From Camelus dromedarius (lineage: Eukaryota): DNA of 64,000 bases. The stretch spans positions 109,618,001-109,682,000 of the forward strand of contig NC_087436.1 of NCBI RefSeq assembly GCF_036321535.1, given 5' to 3'. Position numbers and translations under genes: made by a program. This document shows, one piece after another, positions 1 through 13,060 of the stretch (position 1 is the first letter of the stretch; the number at the start of each line of letters is the position of its first letter). The notes beneath the pieces are model-generated. The model had not been told where the DNA came from. It ran no database searches and was given only the letters and a program-made list of their open reading frames with translations.

Positions 1-879
1 AAAAAACAAGCCCAGAGAACAGTATAAAATATTACAGATAAGGGAGTACTTTCTGACACATCGTAGCCTGAGACATTTGTCAAGGTCATGTCCAAAAGAT
101 CACCTGGATTAGGCTGCAGCATAATAATGTGTGATTTTTACTGGGATAGTAACACATACAAACTTCCCTTCAGATGCTCGGTCCAATGTGAACTAAATAC
201 TGTTAACTGAAGTGGGGAACAATTTCTGATTTTTTTGTTTGTTTGTTTTTTTGGTTTGTTTTCCATTTCCTTCCATCTTCCTGTTGCTTACTTCATTTCT
301 GGTAGCTCCTGCACTCTGCGATACCACCTAATGGCTCTGTTGCCCAAGAGGCAGCATATTCAACCTCTGTTTCTAGTCTGGCTGAGAAGTGCAAGAATTG
401 CTTAGCTAAAATAAAACTGTTTTGAAAACCTGACCCAGTCTAGGAAGTATATCCACATGGGCCTTTCTGCAAAATGAATTACTTCATTTACAGCTTAGTA
501 TGATACAAAATGAGAGCTTCCTTTAATAATATGGGAAAGGAAAACAAGTTATTGGAAAGAGAGAAACACAGTCGAGGAAAGAAAAATAACTTTTTCAGAG
601 ATAATTAAGAAATAGATTAAAAATGACTGCTATCCCAAGGAATTTTTCCTTGTGATAAAAAAATTGTGTTTGGAATTCACATGTTGCACTGTTACATTAT
701 TTTACATAATTTAGATGCTATATAATTCTCAAAAATATTTCCTCCTTTTCTAAATACTGGTCAACATTGGAATTAAGCTGCATAAATTATGTACTATATT
801 TTTACAGCATTCAGTCTAATCATACTGATACTTAATACTGCTATATTTTTGTGGCATAGATTTCTTAGTATTTACCAAT

Positions 880-1250
880 TTTCATTTTTTTCCTTCCTGG
901 ACAAGAAAGTAAACAATATTTTCCAGCCTCCCTTGCCATTGGATTGGTGGGGCATTGAGCTGGCTTTTGTTTATTGGAGTCTATGGACCATTTCCAGAAA
1001 TGGTCCATAAAAATTCTTCTCCTGAGAGCTTCTTGCTTTTCCCCTGACTAGTAATTGGGTGCAAAGGATCAAGTCGAGGCCTCTGAGGCTCTAGAGAATG
1101 GCAGAGCTGCAAGATACACAGCGTCTGGATCTCTGTAAAACCACATGGAAGCCGTTCCACCATCTAGGGACATCTGCATTAGATGTGACGTAAACAGGGA
1201 ATTGATTTTGTTATGTTAGGACAGTACAACTTTGGTATCGGTTTCTAGCC
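880..1250 (+). mobile_element. Old MaLR LTR fragment (MLT1I/J-like)
   Basis: MLT1-like motifs tttccagcctcccttgc, gagaatggcagagctgcaagat and ttttgttatgttag; boundaries approximate. Confidence 0.6.
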
Positions 1251-1958
1251 TTGTATACAAATTCTTCCACTATCTCCGAATATCAACTTCAAGTAGAGAG
1301 AACACCAAATTCAGAAGACAGGGAGATTTTTTTTGCATTTGAAAAGAAAATGTCAGTGAGATATGGGTGAGTTAGGCAAAATTCTAAAACTTGAGTTTAA
1401 TGTGCATCAAATTTTTACCAACATAGGGAAAATTCCTGACGGAGATGTATAATTCCTGACGGAGATGGGAAATGCATGCATTTCCCAGTTTTCAGATTAA
1501 ATGCAGGAGCTGCTTGCAAAGCTGTTGTGTTTTCTATACCGCTCCTCTTTCAGTTTTGCCCTGCCACTGCACAGAAGCACCTGCTTGAGCTATTGAGGCA
1601 AAACACCTTCCCAGATGCTTGTGGGTTTAATCAATACTACAAATGGTCTTTGAAGGAAACATAAAATACTGAAAGCCTTTATGATACAGCTAGTTAACCA
1701 TTTAAACCACAAACATTTATTTTAAGTACAAGTAATGGCCAGCATTACAAAGGAGTAATGTCTTTTATTACAGTAGGCATTGCTGTGGTTTCTTTTACTT
1801 GATATGTAGACCAAGTGACTGGGGGGGTGGATGAAAATAAATCAGCTTCTTGGGATTTGTCTTTTAAATAGCTTTGCCTCAATTTTTAAAGAATTCTTTG
1901 TCCACACATAATTTCAGAGATGTTTCCCGGATAATGATAGTCAAGAATGTAAAGGGCA

Positions 1959-2532
1959 TGTATCAGTTATCTATTGCTGTGTCACAAATTACCCAAATTT
2001 AGCAACTTAAACAACATACATTTATTATCTCATGGTTTCTGTTGGTCATGAGTCTGCTAACAGCTTAACTGGCTTCTCAGATGCTTGATCTTTCTCAAGG
2101 CTGTAATCAAGTTGTCAAACGGGGCTGGGGTCTTATCTGAAGGCACAACTGAGGAAGGACCAACAGCTATGCTTACTTACATGATTTGCAGAATCCAGTT
2201 CATTGTTTGTTGTTGGGTTTTAGGCCTTAGTTTTTTATTGGTTGTTTACCAGAGACCATGGTCAATTTCTTGCCTTGTTGGCTTCTCCAATATGGCAAAT
2301 TGATTCAGCTAAGACAGGGCTTGTGTGGTGGTGGTGGTGGTGGTTATTGGGGCTAATAGCAAGACAGGAGTTACAACTTACGTAGCCTAACCATGGCAGT
2401 GACTTCCCATCACCTTTGCTGCTTCCTACTCTTTAGAATGAAGTCCATTCTATCACCTTTGCTGTGTTCTATTCTTTAGAAAGAAGTAACTAGGTACCAG
2501 CCCACACTGAAGGGGAGGAGATGAGACAAGAA
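1959..2532 (-). mobile_element. MaLR LTR (MLT1F/G-like)
   Basis: Begins tgtatcagttatctattgctgtgtcacaaattacccaaatttagcaacttaaaacaac, the reverse-strand MLT1 3' end; later cccacactgaaggggaggag. Confidence 0.75.
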
Positions 2533-2534
2533 TC

Positions 2535-3310
2535 TTCTATTTTAGCTGGCAGTCATTCTGTTTAAGTTGAGCATATAGGTTCTGGTGAACTTCTGTGGAC
2601 TATTGTTTTGATGATACTTTAACTTTCTGAGTGCTCACAAAGCTATTCTTGTTTTATTCTTCTGGTGCTGCCAGGGCTTCTGGATAATCTGTTCTGCTGC
2701 TGATTGTAGGAGTGGAAGGCACTTTCTTGGGTTGTCTGCTATTGCTGAGGGACTGTCTAGGGGGGAGGGTAGCAGGAGTGGCTGGTCCTGGTTCTCCCTA
2801 TGCCACTTGGAGGGCAGGGAGTCATAGGCTTTTACTGCTGCTACTGCTGTTGGCAGACAAACTTCTCTGACATCCAGGCTGTGGAACTGGGACTTGTCAG
2901 CCTAGGGCTTAGCTCCTGGAAGGGGTCAGACTCCCAGCTGGCCTGAGCTTAGGAGTGGTGGCCAGGGCTCCTCACTAGGTTAGACTTCCCTTTCCCTGAT
3001 TATTATTATTATTATTATTTTTGGCTGGAGAGAGTAGGCTTTTCTTGTATGTTTTGTCCTGGGCCTGTTGGTAGCAATGTGCTGAATGGGCTACAAGTCT
3101 CTCTAGAACCCAGTCCAGTGGTTTATGGGATATAAAATGAAAACCCAAGCATATTGCTTTATTGTTCCTCAAATTTTGTGGTCTTTAGCCAATTTGCCTC
3201 TTTCTTTCTGGCTTTCAGATCCCTTTAATATTTTCATTATAATTTCCAGTGTATTTATATTTAGGAGGGGAGAGCAGGAGAAAATAAATCTATGCAATCT
3301 TGTTCTAGAA
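2535..3310 (-). mobile_element. Degenerate old L1 fragment, probably 5' region
   Basis: T-rich antisense L1M-like sequence ending gcaatcttgttctagaaacc; no ORF. Confidence 0.45.
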
Positions 3311-4789
3311 ACCACCATTATTCATAAGCCACTCAATGCATAACTAAGCAAGATTATGGAAACCTATGATTCTGTAAGTGTTCTCCAGCTTAGTTCAGCA
3401 ACTGAGGAAAATACTGACTTGCATTGAAGAGTCTTTTATTCCAATACAAATGCTTTCACTTGGTAATATGATCTTTACAGAAATCATACCAAGGTAACTA
3501 TTGCTATTATCATGATTCTACTGCTGAAGGTTGCCCGGGAATAGCTCTCAACTGCAAATATTATTACACTAAAAGACTTGGAAATAGAGTCTCAACCTTG
3601 TGATTCCAAATTGTGACTGCCATCAGCTAATCCAGTCAAGGAAAACAATGATTTATAGTGGTTCAAAAGAATTCAATTTATTACCTTCCTAAATTAATTA
3701 GAAAATATACTAAGAGGTAATATTGTCTTAGATTAGGTTTTAATGAGGATAGAATATAGACAGGAATGAATTTGAGAGGCGTGCAAAAAGTAAAAATGGA
3801 TATTGGGAAATCCATGCAGTTGCAGAGGTATGGAAGTTTTTTTAAAAGAACTGAATAAAGTGCATTTTGTTGGGAACACATAGTAAATAGAGGAGTGTTC
3901 TGAGTAATGACAAACTTGGACACTTGTAGAAGGCCTCAAATGCTATTTTAGAAAACATGTCCCTAGTTTGTGAGGCAATAGAGAAAGTTGGATAACTTTA
4001 ATAGGGGATATTTGTCATTATAGTCATGCTTTTTCACGAAGCATCTGAATATGGAGTATACAATTACAAGAGCTGTGACAATTGTGGTTTACATAGTAAA
4101 AGAGAGATGACACGATTTCATCTCAGTCAAGCTGGTAACAACTCAGTTGCTCAATGCACAATGGTTGAATGTAGTCTATGTGCTGTGAACTGGGATGACT
4201 CTACGCTAGGGCATATGCACGAATATGACAGGCACAGACCCTGTCCTTAATGAACATGGAGTCTAAAGGAGATAAAATAAATATGAAGAAAATCATGAGA
4301 GTGTAAGTGATATTGTAGGACATTTAAATTATGTAAATATAATTTTTAAAATTGTATTTATGTTCTAATTGTCAACTCCAAGTTAATTTTATAATTATAA
4401 GTAATATAAAAATACAATATAATAAAATATTATGTTTTATTCTTGACACTCAGAACATTTTTCCAAGAGGCAGTGCCTAATTTGGGTTATCCTGTATCTT
4501 GGTTTTCACAGAATAGATCCTATGTATGTCTGTTTCCTGGCAGAATTATTGTTATTATCTCTTTCTACTCTCAAAAAAAAAAAAAAAATCCCAGCTTGAA
4601 CAACAAATTATCTGACAATGCTTTGTTTAATTACAAAACAGAGTGAGTTGCAGTTATCCAGATAAATGACTGGGAGCAGTAAATGTTTTACCTATAATAA
4701 ATAGCATACTCATAGGCCTGGAGACAGAAGATACTATAGAATATTTTAAAATACTACTAATAAATAAATATTGTGTCTTGAAAGATCAA

Positions 4790-5990
4790 TGTGATTGAAG
4801 ACAAAAATGAAGCTGGATACTTAGTGGGGCTCCAGACATGGAACAGCATAAGCCTTCTTCAGGACTCTGCACTTCATACTGAATACAATGAGGCGTCTTT
4901 GAAAGACAGCAGGAGATGATCAGATCTGACTTTAGAAATGCCACTCTGGTTAGTCTGTGAATAGTGGATTTCAGGAATTTGAATGGGGTAAAAGAAGACT
5001 ATCGTAGAAAAACCAGATAAAATCTTTCAGAGTGATACCCATGACAGATTTTGGGAGGCTAATCCAGGATACTGGCAGTGAGAAAGGACAACTGAAGAAG
5101 AATACAAACAGTGTTTCATAATTAAAATATGAAGAAATTGGTGAACTGCTGTAATTTGGGGAAGGAGTGGGAATAATTAAGGATGGGACATTCTTTTCTG
5201 GTTTGAGCAATTGAGTTGGTGGTGCCATTCATGAGCCAAGAGGATGAAAAGAAAAAAGACTTATCCAAGATATTTTGAGGAGGAAATGATTCAACTAATT
5301 GAATGTGATGAATGAGAATGAATAATAAAAAACTGATGGTTTATAGTTTCAAACTTGGATGGTTTGGGGAAAAAAAGTGCCACTTAGCACATTTAAAAGG
5401 AAAATATAACTAAAGTGGTAATAAGGAGTTGAGTTTTAGACATGATTAGAATAGTTTAAGAGGAGGAAATGGTTTGTCTTAAAATAAATAGATTTTCATG
5501 AATGATTATGTCTACTGGACCATTAGGAAGGTCCAGATGGATCCCAAAAGACAGATTAAGACTAGAGGTACACAACTCAGAGGCATTGCTGTGAACTGTG
5601 AAAACTCTACATGTGGCTGAATTTCCATAGAAGTCTGAGGGGCAAGATGCCAGGCAACGTGATGAAAAGACCAAAGCTAGCTACTAGAAATAGCCAAACA
5701 AGAAGATTTGAGTCAACAGTTTTCAATGATGAAGAGAAGTCAAGGAAAACTGCTAATTTAATTTGGTCATTTAAAACATGTAACCTAAATCAACTGTACT
5801 TCAATTAAGAGAGAAAGAAAGAGAGAAAGAGAGAAAGGAAGAAAGGAAGAAAAGAAGAAAGAAATGAGAGGCCTCTGAGAAAACATTTCAAGTAGAATGA
5901 AGGAGAGGAAGACTCAAACACAAAACTTTGAGAAGTGAAAAAGTAGTGGAAAAATAGAGACAGGGAATATAAATTACTTTTTCAGTAATT
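4790..5990 (-). mobile_element. L2 LINE fragments
   Basis: Purine-rich antisense L2 motifs: gatcagatctgactttagaaatgccactctgg, tttctggtttgagcaattgagttggtggtgccatt. Confidence 0.65.
5807..5870 (+). repeat. GA-rich (GAAA/GGAA)n low-complexity tract
   Basis: aagagagaaagaaagagagaaagagagaaaggaagaaaggaagaaaag. Confidence 0.85.
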
Positions 5991-6399
5991 TTTTTCTGCA
6001 AAATATAGGGGAAATGACTGTAGATTAATGGCATAGCAGAGATGAAATGATTTCTCTATGAATGCATGAAATGATAGTGTATCCATAAGCAGAGAAGAAC
6101 CACTGGAGAAGAAAAGTTTCAAAAGAAATCAGGTAAATTAATTAATGGAGCAAGTTCCAAAGATTGAAATGAAAAAATACATAGTAGTTATAATCCAATA
6201 AAGAAAGAGGACAGTTTTCATGTCAGTGATAAAAAGGTATAAAACTGGGTTGGTAAAGATGTATAGATTTTTCAAGTGGACAAGGTCCAATGAACAGAGG
6301 GAAAGAAGAGAATAACATTTATTGAATTTTCCTTATGAGACAGGCTTGGTACTGAATTTTATCCTAAGTAATTCTCATAAGAACTCTTGTAATTATAGG

Positions 6400-6760
6400 T
6401 CTACTTAGTTTAGGTTATATGCCATAATTTTAAAAAAGGCAAAATCTTAGTGGCTTAATTAAAGTTTTACTGCATGCTCACATCAAGGGAAAATAGTCAT
6501 TCAGTGGCTATCCAGATTCATTTCCCTTGCCCAGCCATCGAGTGTTTGGAATTCTCCACTGGAAAGCAGATGGCTGATAGAACAGGGGAAAGAGTTTGTG
6601 TAGGACTAAACCCAAACTTTTAGGGATCAGGCTTGAAAGTGGCATGCACTAATTCTGCCTAGAGTCACGTTATCCCTGACTCACTGGCAAAGCTTGCCAA
6701 GGAACCTTGATGGATGCCAAAAAAGGAGATAGAACAGGGCTTGGTGAACTTACAGCATTA
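6400..6760 (-). mobile_element. Old MaLR LTR (MLT1K/L-like)
   Basis: aaatcttagtggcttaa, caggcttgaaagtggcatgcactaattctgcc, ggcttggtgaac. Confidence 0.55.
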
Positions 6761-8082
6761 AATATGAGATAGTAAGTTTCATTATCACCATTTTGCAAAG
6801 AGGGCAACTGAGCGTGCTTAAGCAAAGTAGCACAGCTTAGAATATTGAGTCTGGTTAGTTCTGGTGTTGATTCTCACAGTAAATTAGAACATGCTGACTT
6901 CTGCAGGGAGTGACAATGAGGGCCAGGAGTAGAGAGGGAAGGCTTCACGATCCTTTTGGGGAGAAAGCAAGTATATGAGATGTGGGAACAAACTCATACA
7001 AAGGATTGAAAGCTAGAAACTTGCATCTCCCTTGGATCCAATTACTCCAGAAAACTGAATTCATTCACTCATTATTCAAAAAATATAATTAAGTGCACAT
7101 TACCTCTCAGATGCTATTCCAGATGTTTAGTGCACAAAACAGAGTATCTGCCCTCATGAAGCTTACATTTTGCTTTGCAGAAACAGAGCAGTATAACTAT
7201 AGATGTTGATTCTGTTTAACTCATGCCAAAGAATGAAATACTATATTAAAAAGGGTACGAGGTAACCTAAAATTAAACAAACAAAAAACCTAAAAAATTA
7301 GCACAGGAGCAATGGCTGTTCGGAGGAACTATATAAAAACCAAACACAAAATAATAAAAAAAAATTAATGAAGAATTTCCACTGTAGAAAGTGGAATTCT
7401 AATTGAACTGGCTTATATGTAAGCCTCTTGGCTAAGGTGCCTTAATAGAAGACTGTAAAAATGGGGGTGGGGGGCTGAAGGATAATTATCACCCCCAAGT
7501 TATTATATGATTATTAGAAAAACAGAGAATAGATGTAATAAAAGCAAAAATTCACAGACAAAAATAAAGCAAAGCAACTACAAAAATAAATTATTTTTAA
7601 GAACTTCAAAATGTGATAAATATGAGTAAAATAAACAGAGTGACAGGAGAGAAAATAAATGAGAGGAGAAGCTATCTTCAATAGTACCTTAGACACCTTA
7701 AGGAAAGCTACTCTGATTAAGGTGGATTTAAAGATGGAGGATGGGCTAAGCCTGAAATAAGCCAGGAACAAGCCTGCTAGGTAGAGGGAATAAAAAGTAC
7801 AAGAGCCTTGAGACAGAGTATTTTTATAGGAGCAGAAAATGTGCTACTAAGTGAGTAGGAGCAAAGGGAGAGTGGAGCATGCAGAATTCACACCAAGTTA
7901 TGATCGATTAAGTTTAGGTTTATTACAAGGGATTGTTGACATTTAAAAGAAAATCATGTTATCTCACGAGTGTCAAATGAGTGAATTCTTTAGTTTTTTA
8001 AAAAAGGAAATAGAAAATTCCTTTCATCCTTTGCTTATTCTGCTCTCATCAACTTTGTTTTTCTACTAGAATTTTATCATAA

Positions 8083-8577
8083 TGTTGTAGGGAAGAACAA
8101 ATCTGACTCCATATTAGATCTGTTCCTTTGGCTTTAACCCTGTGTGCTCTGTTTCCTGGGCTTAGTCATGCTGATTCTGCACTTTATGTAAAAGAAAGCT
8201 GCCTATAGCCTGAAATATACAGGATAGCTTGGCCTTTAAGGGTATAACACTTCCCCACTCATATAAAGATAAAAAGTTGAAGAATAGAAGATAACACTTT
8301 ACAGGTTTACAGGGGCACCATGACTTGACAGCTGGAAGAACAAAGGATTCCAACACCAAGAAGCTTGCAACAAACAACCAAAACCCCTCTCCTTCTTAGT
8401 ATAAAAGGAGCCTAAATTCTGATTTGGGGGAGATGTTTCTCTAGGACATTAGTCTCCCATCTTCTTGATCTGCTGGTTTTCCAAATAAAGTTGTATTCCT
8501 TGCCTCCAAACCTTGTCTCATCTCCCTATTTATTGGCCTGTCATGCATCAAGCAGAATGAGTTTGGACTTGGTAACA
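8083..8577 (+). mobile_element. ERV1-type solo LTR, copy A
   Basis: TG...CA termini (tgttgtaggg...ggtaaca), TATAAAA 8400-8406, AATAAA 8484-8489, 4-bp TSD ataa/atag, homologous to 42223-42740. Confidence 0.9.
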
Positions 8578-8759
8578 ATAGGTGCAGCCCACTTTGGAAG
8601 TTTCCAGGCATTCGCACCAGTTTTAGCTGCATCATGCCTTGCCAGCTCTTTTGGGAAAGAATCTTCCTGTTCATAGAAGCAGCAAACAAACTTGGAAGAG
8701 GGGGAAAAAAAACCAAACATGTTCTTTGAAGTAACTCAACCTAAGTGCAGTCTTAATTG

Positions 8760-9316
8760 AACCGCTTTCTGCCCTTGTGACCTTGGGAAAGTTATTTAAC
8801 TTCTCTAATTTTAGTTGGCTCATCTTTAAAAAAGAGACAATAGTACCTAACTCTCAGGATTGATGAATGAATTAAATGGATCAACATATGTTAATGTTAT
8901 GGGTTGAAGTTTATGTCCTATGTATAATTCATGTATTGGAATCCTCAGTGTGATGGTCTTAGGAACTAGGGCTTTTGGTAGGTGATTAGGTCATGTGTGT
9001 AGACCACTCATGCATGGAATTAGTGCCTTTATAAAAGAGCCCCCAGAGCCCTCTCTTGCCCCTTCCACCACGTACAGACACAGTGAGAAAATGGCCATCT
9101 AGGCACCAGGAAGCAAGCTCTCCCTGGATATAAAATCTGCCAGCCCCTTACCCTGGTACCACCCACTCCCAGAACTGTGAGAAATAATTTTTGTTGTTTA
9201 AGCCCCCCAGCCTGTTGTATTTTTTATTAAAACAGCCTGAATTGATTAAGACAGTTAAGTTATATAGTTAACTACTATAATTCCCAAAACTTAGAAAGGG
9301 TTCAATAAATAGCAGC
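8760..9316 (+). mobile_element. MIR SINE split by an MLT1 insertion
   Basis: MIR core tgtgaccttgggaaagttatttaacttctct...catctttaaaa; MIR-like tail ttcaataaatagcagc resumes after 9258. Confidence 0.7.
8895..9253 (+). mobile_element. MaLR solo LTR (MLT1A-like)
   Basis: tgttatgggttgaa...ccagaactgtgagaaataa...taagaca; perfect 5-bp TSD GTTAA at 8890-8894 and 9254-9258. Confidence 0.9.
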
Positions 9317-9473
9317 TTTTAAAAAAGAGCATGAAACACGCCAAGCATGGAGTGCTCAAGAAGAAAGCCAGCAGCATTCACTTCAAAGACGTTAGAAACA
9401 TGCTTGACTTCTGAATTTTTGTCACAATCAGATGGTTCTTTGTGTAACCTGGAAGTTTAGTTAAATAACTTAT

Positions 9474-9975
9474 TGTTTTAGTTAAGGTTCTCCAGAGAAA
9501 CAGAACTAATAGAACATGTGTGTACATATACATGTAGAGAAAGAGAGAGACAGAGAGAGAATGAGAAAAAGAGATTTATTATAAGGACTTACCTCAAGTG
9601 ATTATGGTAGTTGACAAGTCCAAAATTGCACGGTGGGCTTGCAGGTCAGAGACCCAGGAGAGGGGAGGCTGTGGCTCCAATCTGAAGTCAGTCTGCTGTA
9701 GAATAAGACCAATAATGTAGGTGGAGTCTGAAAGCTTTCTGATGAGAAATTCTCTCTTGCTCAGGAGAGGCTGATGTTTTTGTTCTATTCCAGTTTTCAA
9801 CTGATTGGATGAGGCCCACCCAATTTATAAGGGCAATCTGCTTTACTCAAAGTCTAACAGTTGAAATGTTAATCTCATTCAGAATACTGTCACAGAAACA
9901 CCTGCAGTATATTTGATCAGACATCTGGGCAATCCATGACCTGCCAAGGTTGACACAAAAAAATCAACTATCACA
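9474..9975 (-). mobile_element. ERVL solo LTR (MLT2-like)
   Basis: tgttttagttaaggttctccagagaaacagaac...gttgacacaaaaaaatcaactatcaca; 5-bp TSD cttat/ctcat. Confidence 0.9.
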
Positions 9976-12961
9976 CTCATGTATTTGTCTATACTTCTGT
10001 GATCATGTTGCAGCCAAACTGGCTCAACTGATAGATCCTGTGAAAATGTCTGAAGATAGCATTGGTAAAAATGCAATTGTTTTAAAAAAAAAAGGTTAAG
10101 GTTGGTTTTACAACAGTCTCTATCTCATTTTGAAAAGATTTGAAGTAGATAAAAAAATAAAAACCAAACAAAAATGCAATATTGTGTTGCAAGAAGAATA
10201 TGGAAATACTTAACCTGGTAATACATTGTCACACTTAATCAGCATTTGTTTCTTTTATTCATACCTCAACTTTTACTTGAAAACCACTGAAATGCAGGAA
10301 AATATTATAAATTGGTAAAAATGAGAGGGAAAGTAAATAAATGAGAAATAACATGAAATTGAGGCAGAAATGAGGGAAACATACACCAAAAAGCAGAGCG
10401 CACAAAACCAAATAGTTAATGGGAAGCAGATACATGATGTAAATGAATGAAGTGGGCCAATTTACGGTAATGTGGGTAGTGGAGACTTTGTTCAATTACT
10501 TCCTTTAAGAGGGACTAACTCTTAGCTAAGTGTGGTAAGAATATGGGTGGACTTTTGTAAAAATTGTGTGTGTGTTCTCTGTGTATGTGTTTGTGAAATG
10601 TCTAATTGTCCAAACAGAGTTTACAAAAACAAAAACCAAAACCCACACATTCAGGGGACAAATAAAACCCTGTAGGCAACCAAATATTGCTCCCTGCATC
10701 CTTACTTCAGTTCCTCATAGTAGTTCTTAAAGTTATATCTAAACTTTCTTGCAACTAGAATATACAAGGAGTCTTAGTTGGTTTTAGGATTAAAAATATC
10801 TATCAGGTAAAATCAAATAGTTGTTAAGGAGAAGAATGATTATGATCAGACGGAAATGCCTCTGCAGGGGCGTAGAAATAAATTTTTGTAGTGTACTGTA
10901 GACATAACAATTAGCCCCTTGATTCACCTCCAATAATATTTATGAGGGTAGGTGGTAGTCACTACTGATGTTGAAAGGAGAAAAAAAATACATTCAATCC
11001 CTAACATAAAACGACAAATTGGCAATTTTCACAAACTTTAAAAACACAATGAGGACCTCTTAATTCCTTACTTAGACAATCAACAGTTGTTATACATACC
11101 ATCCTAAAAAAATCTATAAAATAATTGAAATATTTATTCAGACATATGGAACTGTGAATTTTCTTTTTCATTCATCATTGAAAGTGCTTATTGTATTTTA
11201 AAATGGTGTAATATGTCTCTTAGAATTTTTTTTCAGGTTTCAACGTGTAAAATGCCTGCCTAAACTTCATGAGTCCATAGCAATATGCGTTACAAGATAC
11301 CGTGGATTTAATGAATGTTACTAAAACTGCTAACACTTTTAATATTTTACATTGTTTAATTTCACAGACTCATGAAACTGCAAGACTTTTGTTCATAATT
11401 TCACAGAAACTAAAAAAATTTCCTTGACATATGCCAAATTTAAATTAAATTGTTGCTGCCTAAGTATTTAATTTAGGTGAACTCCTTAATGCTTTAATAC
11501 TTCTGGTTTATTTGTTCCTAAGGGTTTTATTTTTTCCCCACATATCTTCTAAAGCCTGGTATGAGTTCCCAGAGGGTAATGAACAAATACAGATTGTAGG
11601 TAGAACATATTTTAAAGAATTAGAGAATATATTTTCAAAATATTTTTGAATACTTTCAATAAAAGGGGCCAATTTTTCCCTCAGAATGTAGTTTAAAGAA
11701 GACAGGGTTAAATTCTTTCTTTTAATCGATCCTTCTCTAAACAACCAATCAGTTATTTAGAAATGGATGGACATCAACCCCGTTGGATATGTATCTTCCA
11801 CTTAAATTTAAATTCTTAAGAGAGCAAAGCTTGCTTTTAATATTTTTGAATTTCTAGAACCTTGCATAGTTCATGGCACATAGTAGGCACTTAGGAGATA
11901 TATATTAAATAATTAATTTATCTACGTGTGTGTGTGTGGTTGAAGGAAAAATATTGTACTACTTGAAGCCAAAATTGTGTGCTCAGCCTATATTTGATGA
12001 CTATACACATGTAAATTTATGTGTCCTTTTTCTTTCCCTAGACACTTTTGTTTAAATAAAATGGTCTTAACATTTTGTTTATTTGTTAAGTTTTTGTCAG
12101 AGAGAAAATTAAGTAAAATACAAAATGGAAAATCTAAAGAAAAGAGTTGAACTACTTTGAGTCCCAGCAGTTCTTCCATTTGGACCTAAGTTATTTTCAT
12201 TGATTAATGCGAGCTACCTACTGCTATTGCAGGTGTGGGTAGTCGACATCTTTACTTACAGAATTTTTCAAGAGCAACAAACTTTTCACAAATTGTGAAT
12301 CCCAGGAAAGAATGAGGCAAATATCCCCTTTCCTCTTTCTCCTCTTCCGAGGAGCCAAGCACGAGATACAGAGAATTGTTGCATAAACAGAACGAAAAAG
12401 ATTTGTAGCTGCTACCTGTACTTGAGTAACATAAATATTGGACATGCATTTAGAAAGAAACTTCTAAAGCAGATATTAAATATGAATAAGAATTAAAGAC
12501 TTTAGATCAAAGTCATTGATATCATTAGAAAATAGAGAAAGAGCCTGGGTATTTTACTCCAGTAGATAAAACTGGATAAGGTGGGATTAACTGTACCTTT
12601 CAAAGACTGGCTTTGTTAGACAGAGTCAACAGCTGCCAATAGGTTATGATGAGAAAAATGCTGGAAGATTCCTCTGTCCCTAAATTTCTCCTTTGTCAAC
12701 CAAGCAATTGTAAAATGATCATAACTCTACTGAGGAAGGTTCTTGCGAGAGTAAGGGATGATCTATACAATGCACCTAGCAGTGTGTTGACCTAACACAC
12801 AGAAGCATCTCAATTAATGTTCCCTTCCCTCACCTTTTTCCTGAAGTCATGGAAGACTCTGGATAAAATTAAGATGTTAACTTTGAAGCCTAACATTTAA
12901 AACTTTCCATTTCCTCCCCTTAAATTGGAAAGTTTCAAAGCATGAACTTTCCCTAATAAAG

Positions 12962-13060
12962 GCTGACCATAGATCTCCAGTTACCTGGGCGATCCTGGTT
13001 TAAGAGGTGTAATAATTAATAGCATTGCCTTAAATTCTCAAATTGTCTTAATTAGGGTGA
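12962..13060. mobile_element. Short hAT-type MITE (MER94-like)
   Basis: gctgaccata...cctgggcgatcctggttta...aattgtcttaattagg resembles MER94. Confidence 0.4.

Noticed and set aside
1431..1467. CRISPR-like repeat
   Set aside because: There are only two units with a 3-bp spacer, in mammalian DNA, with no cas genes.
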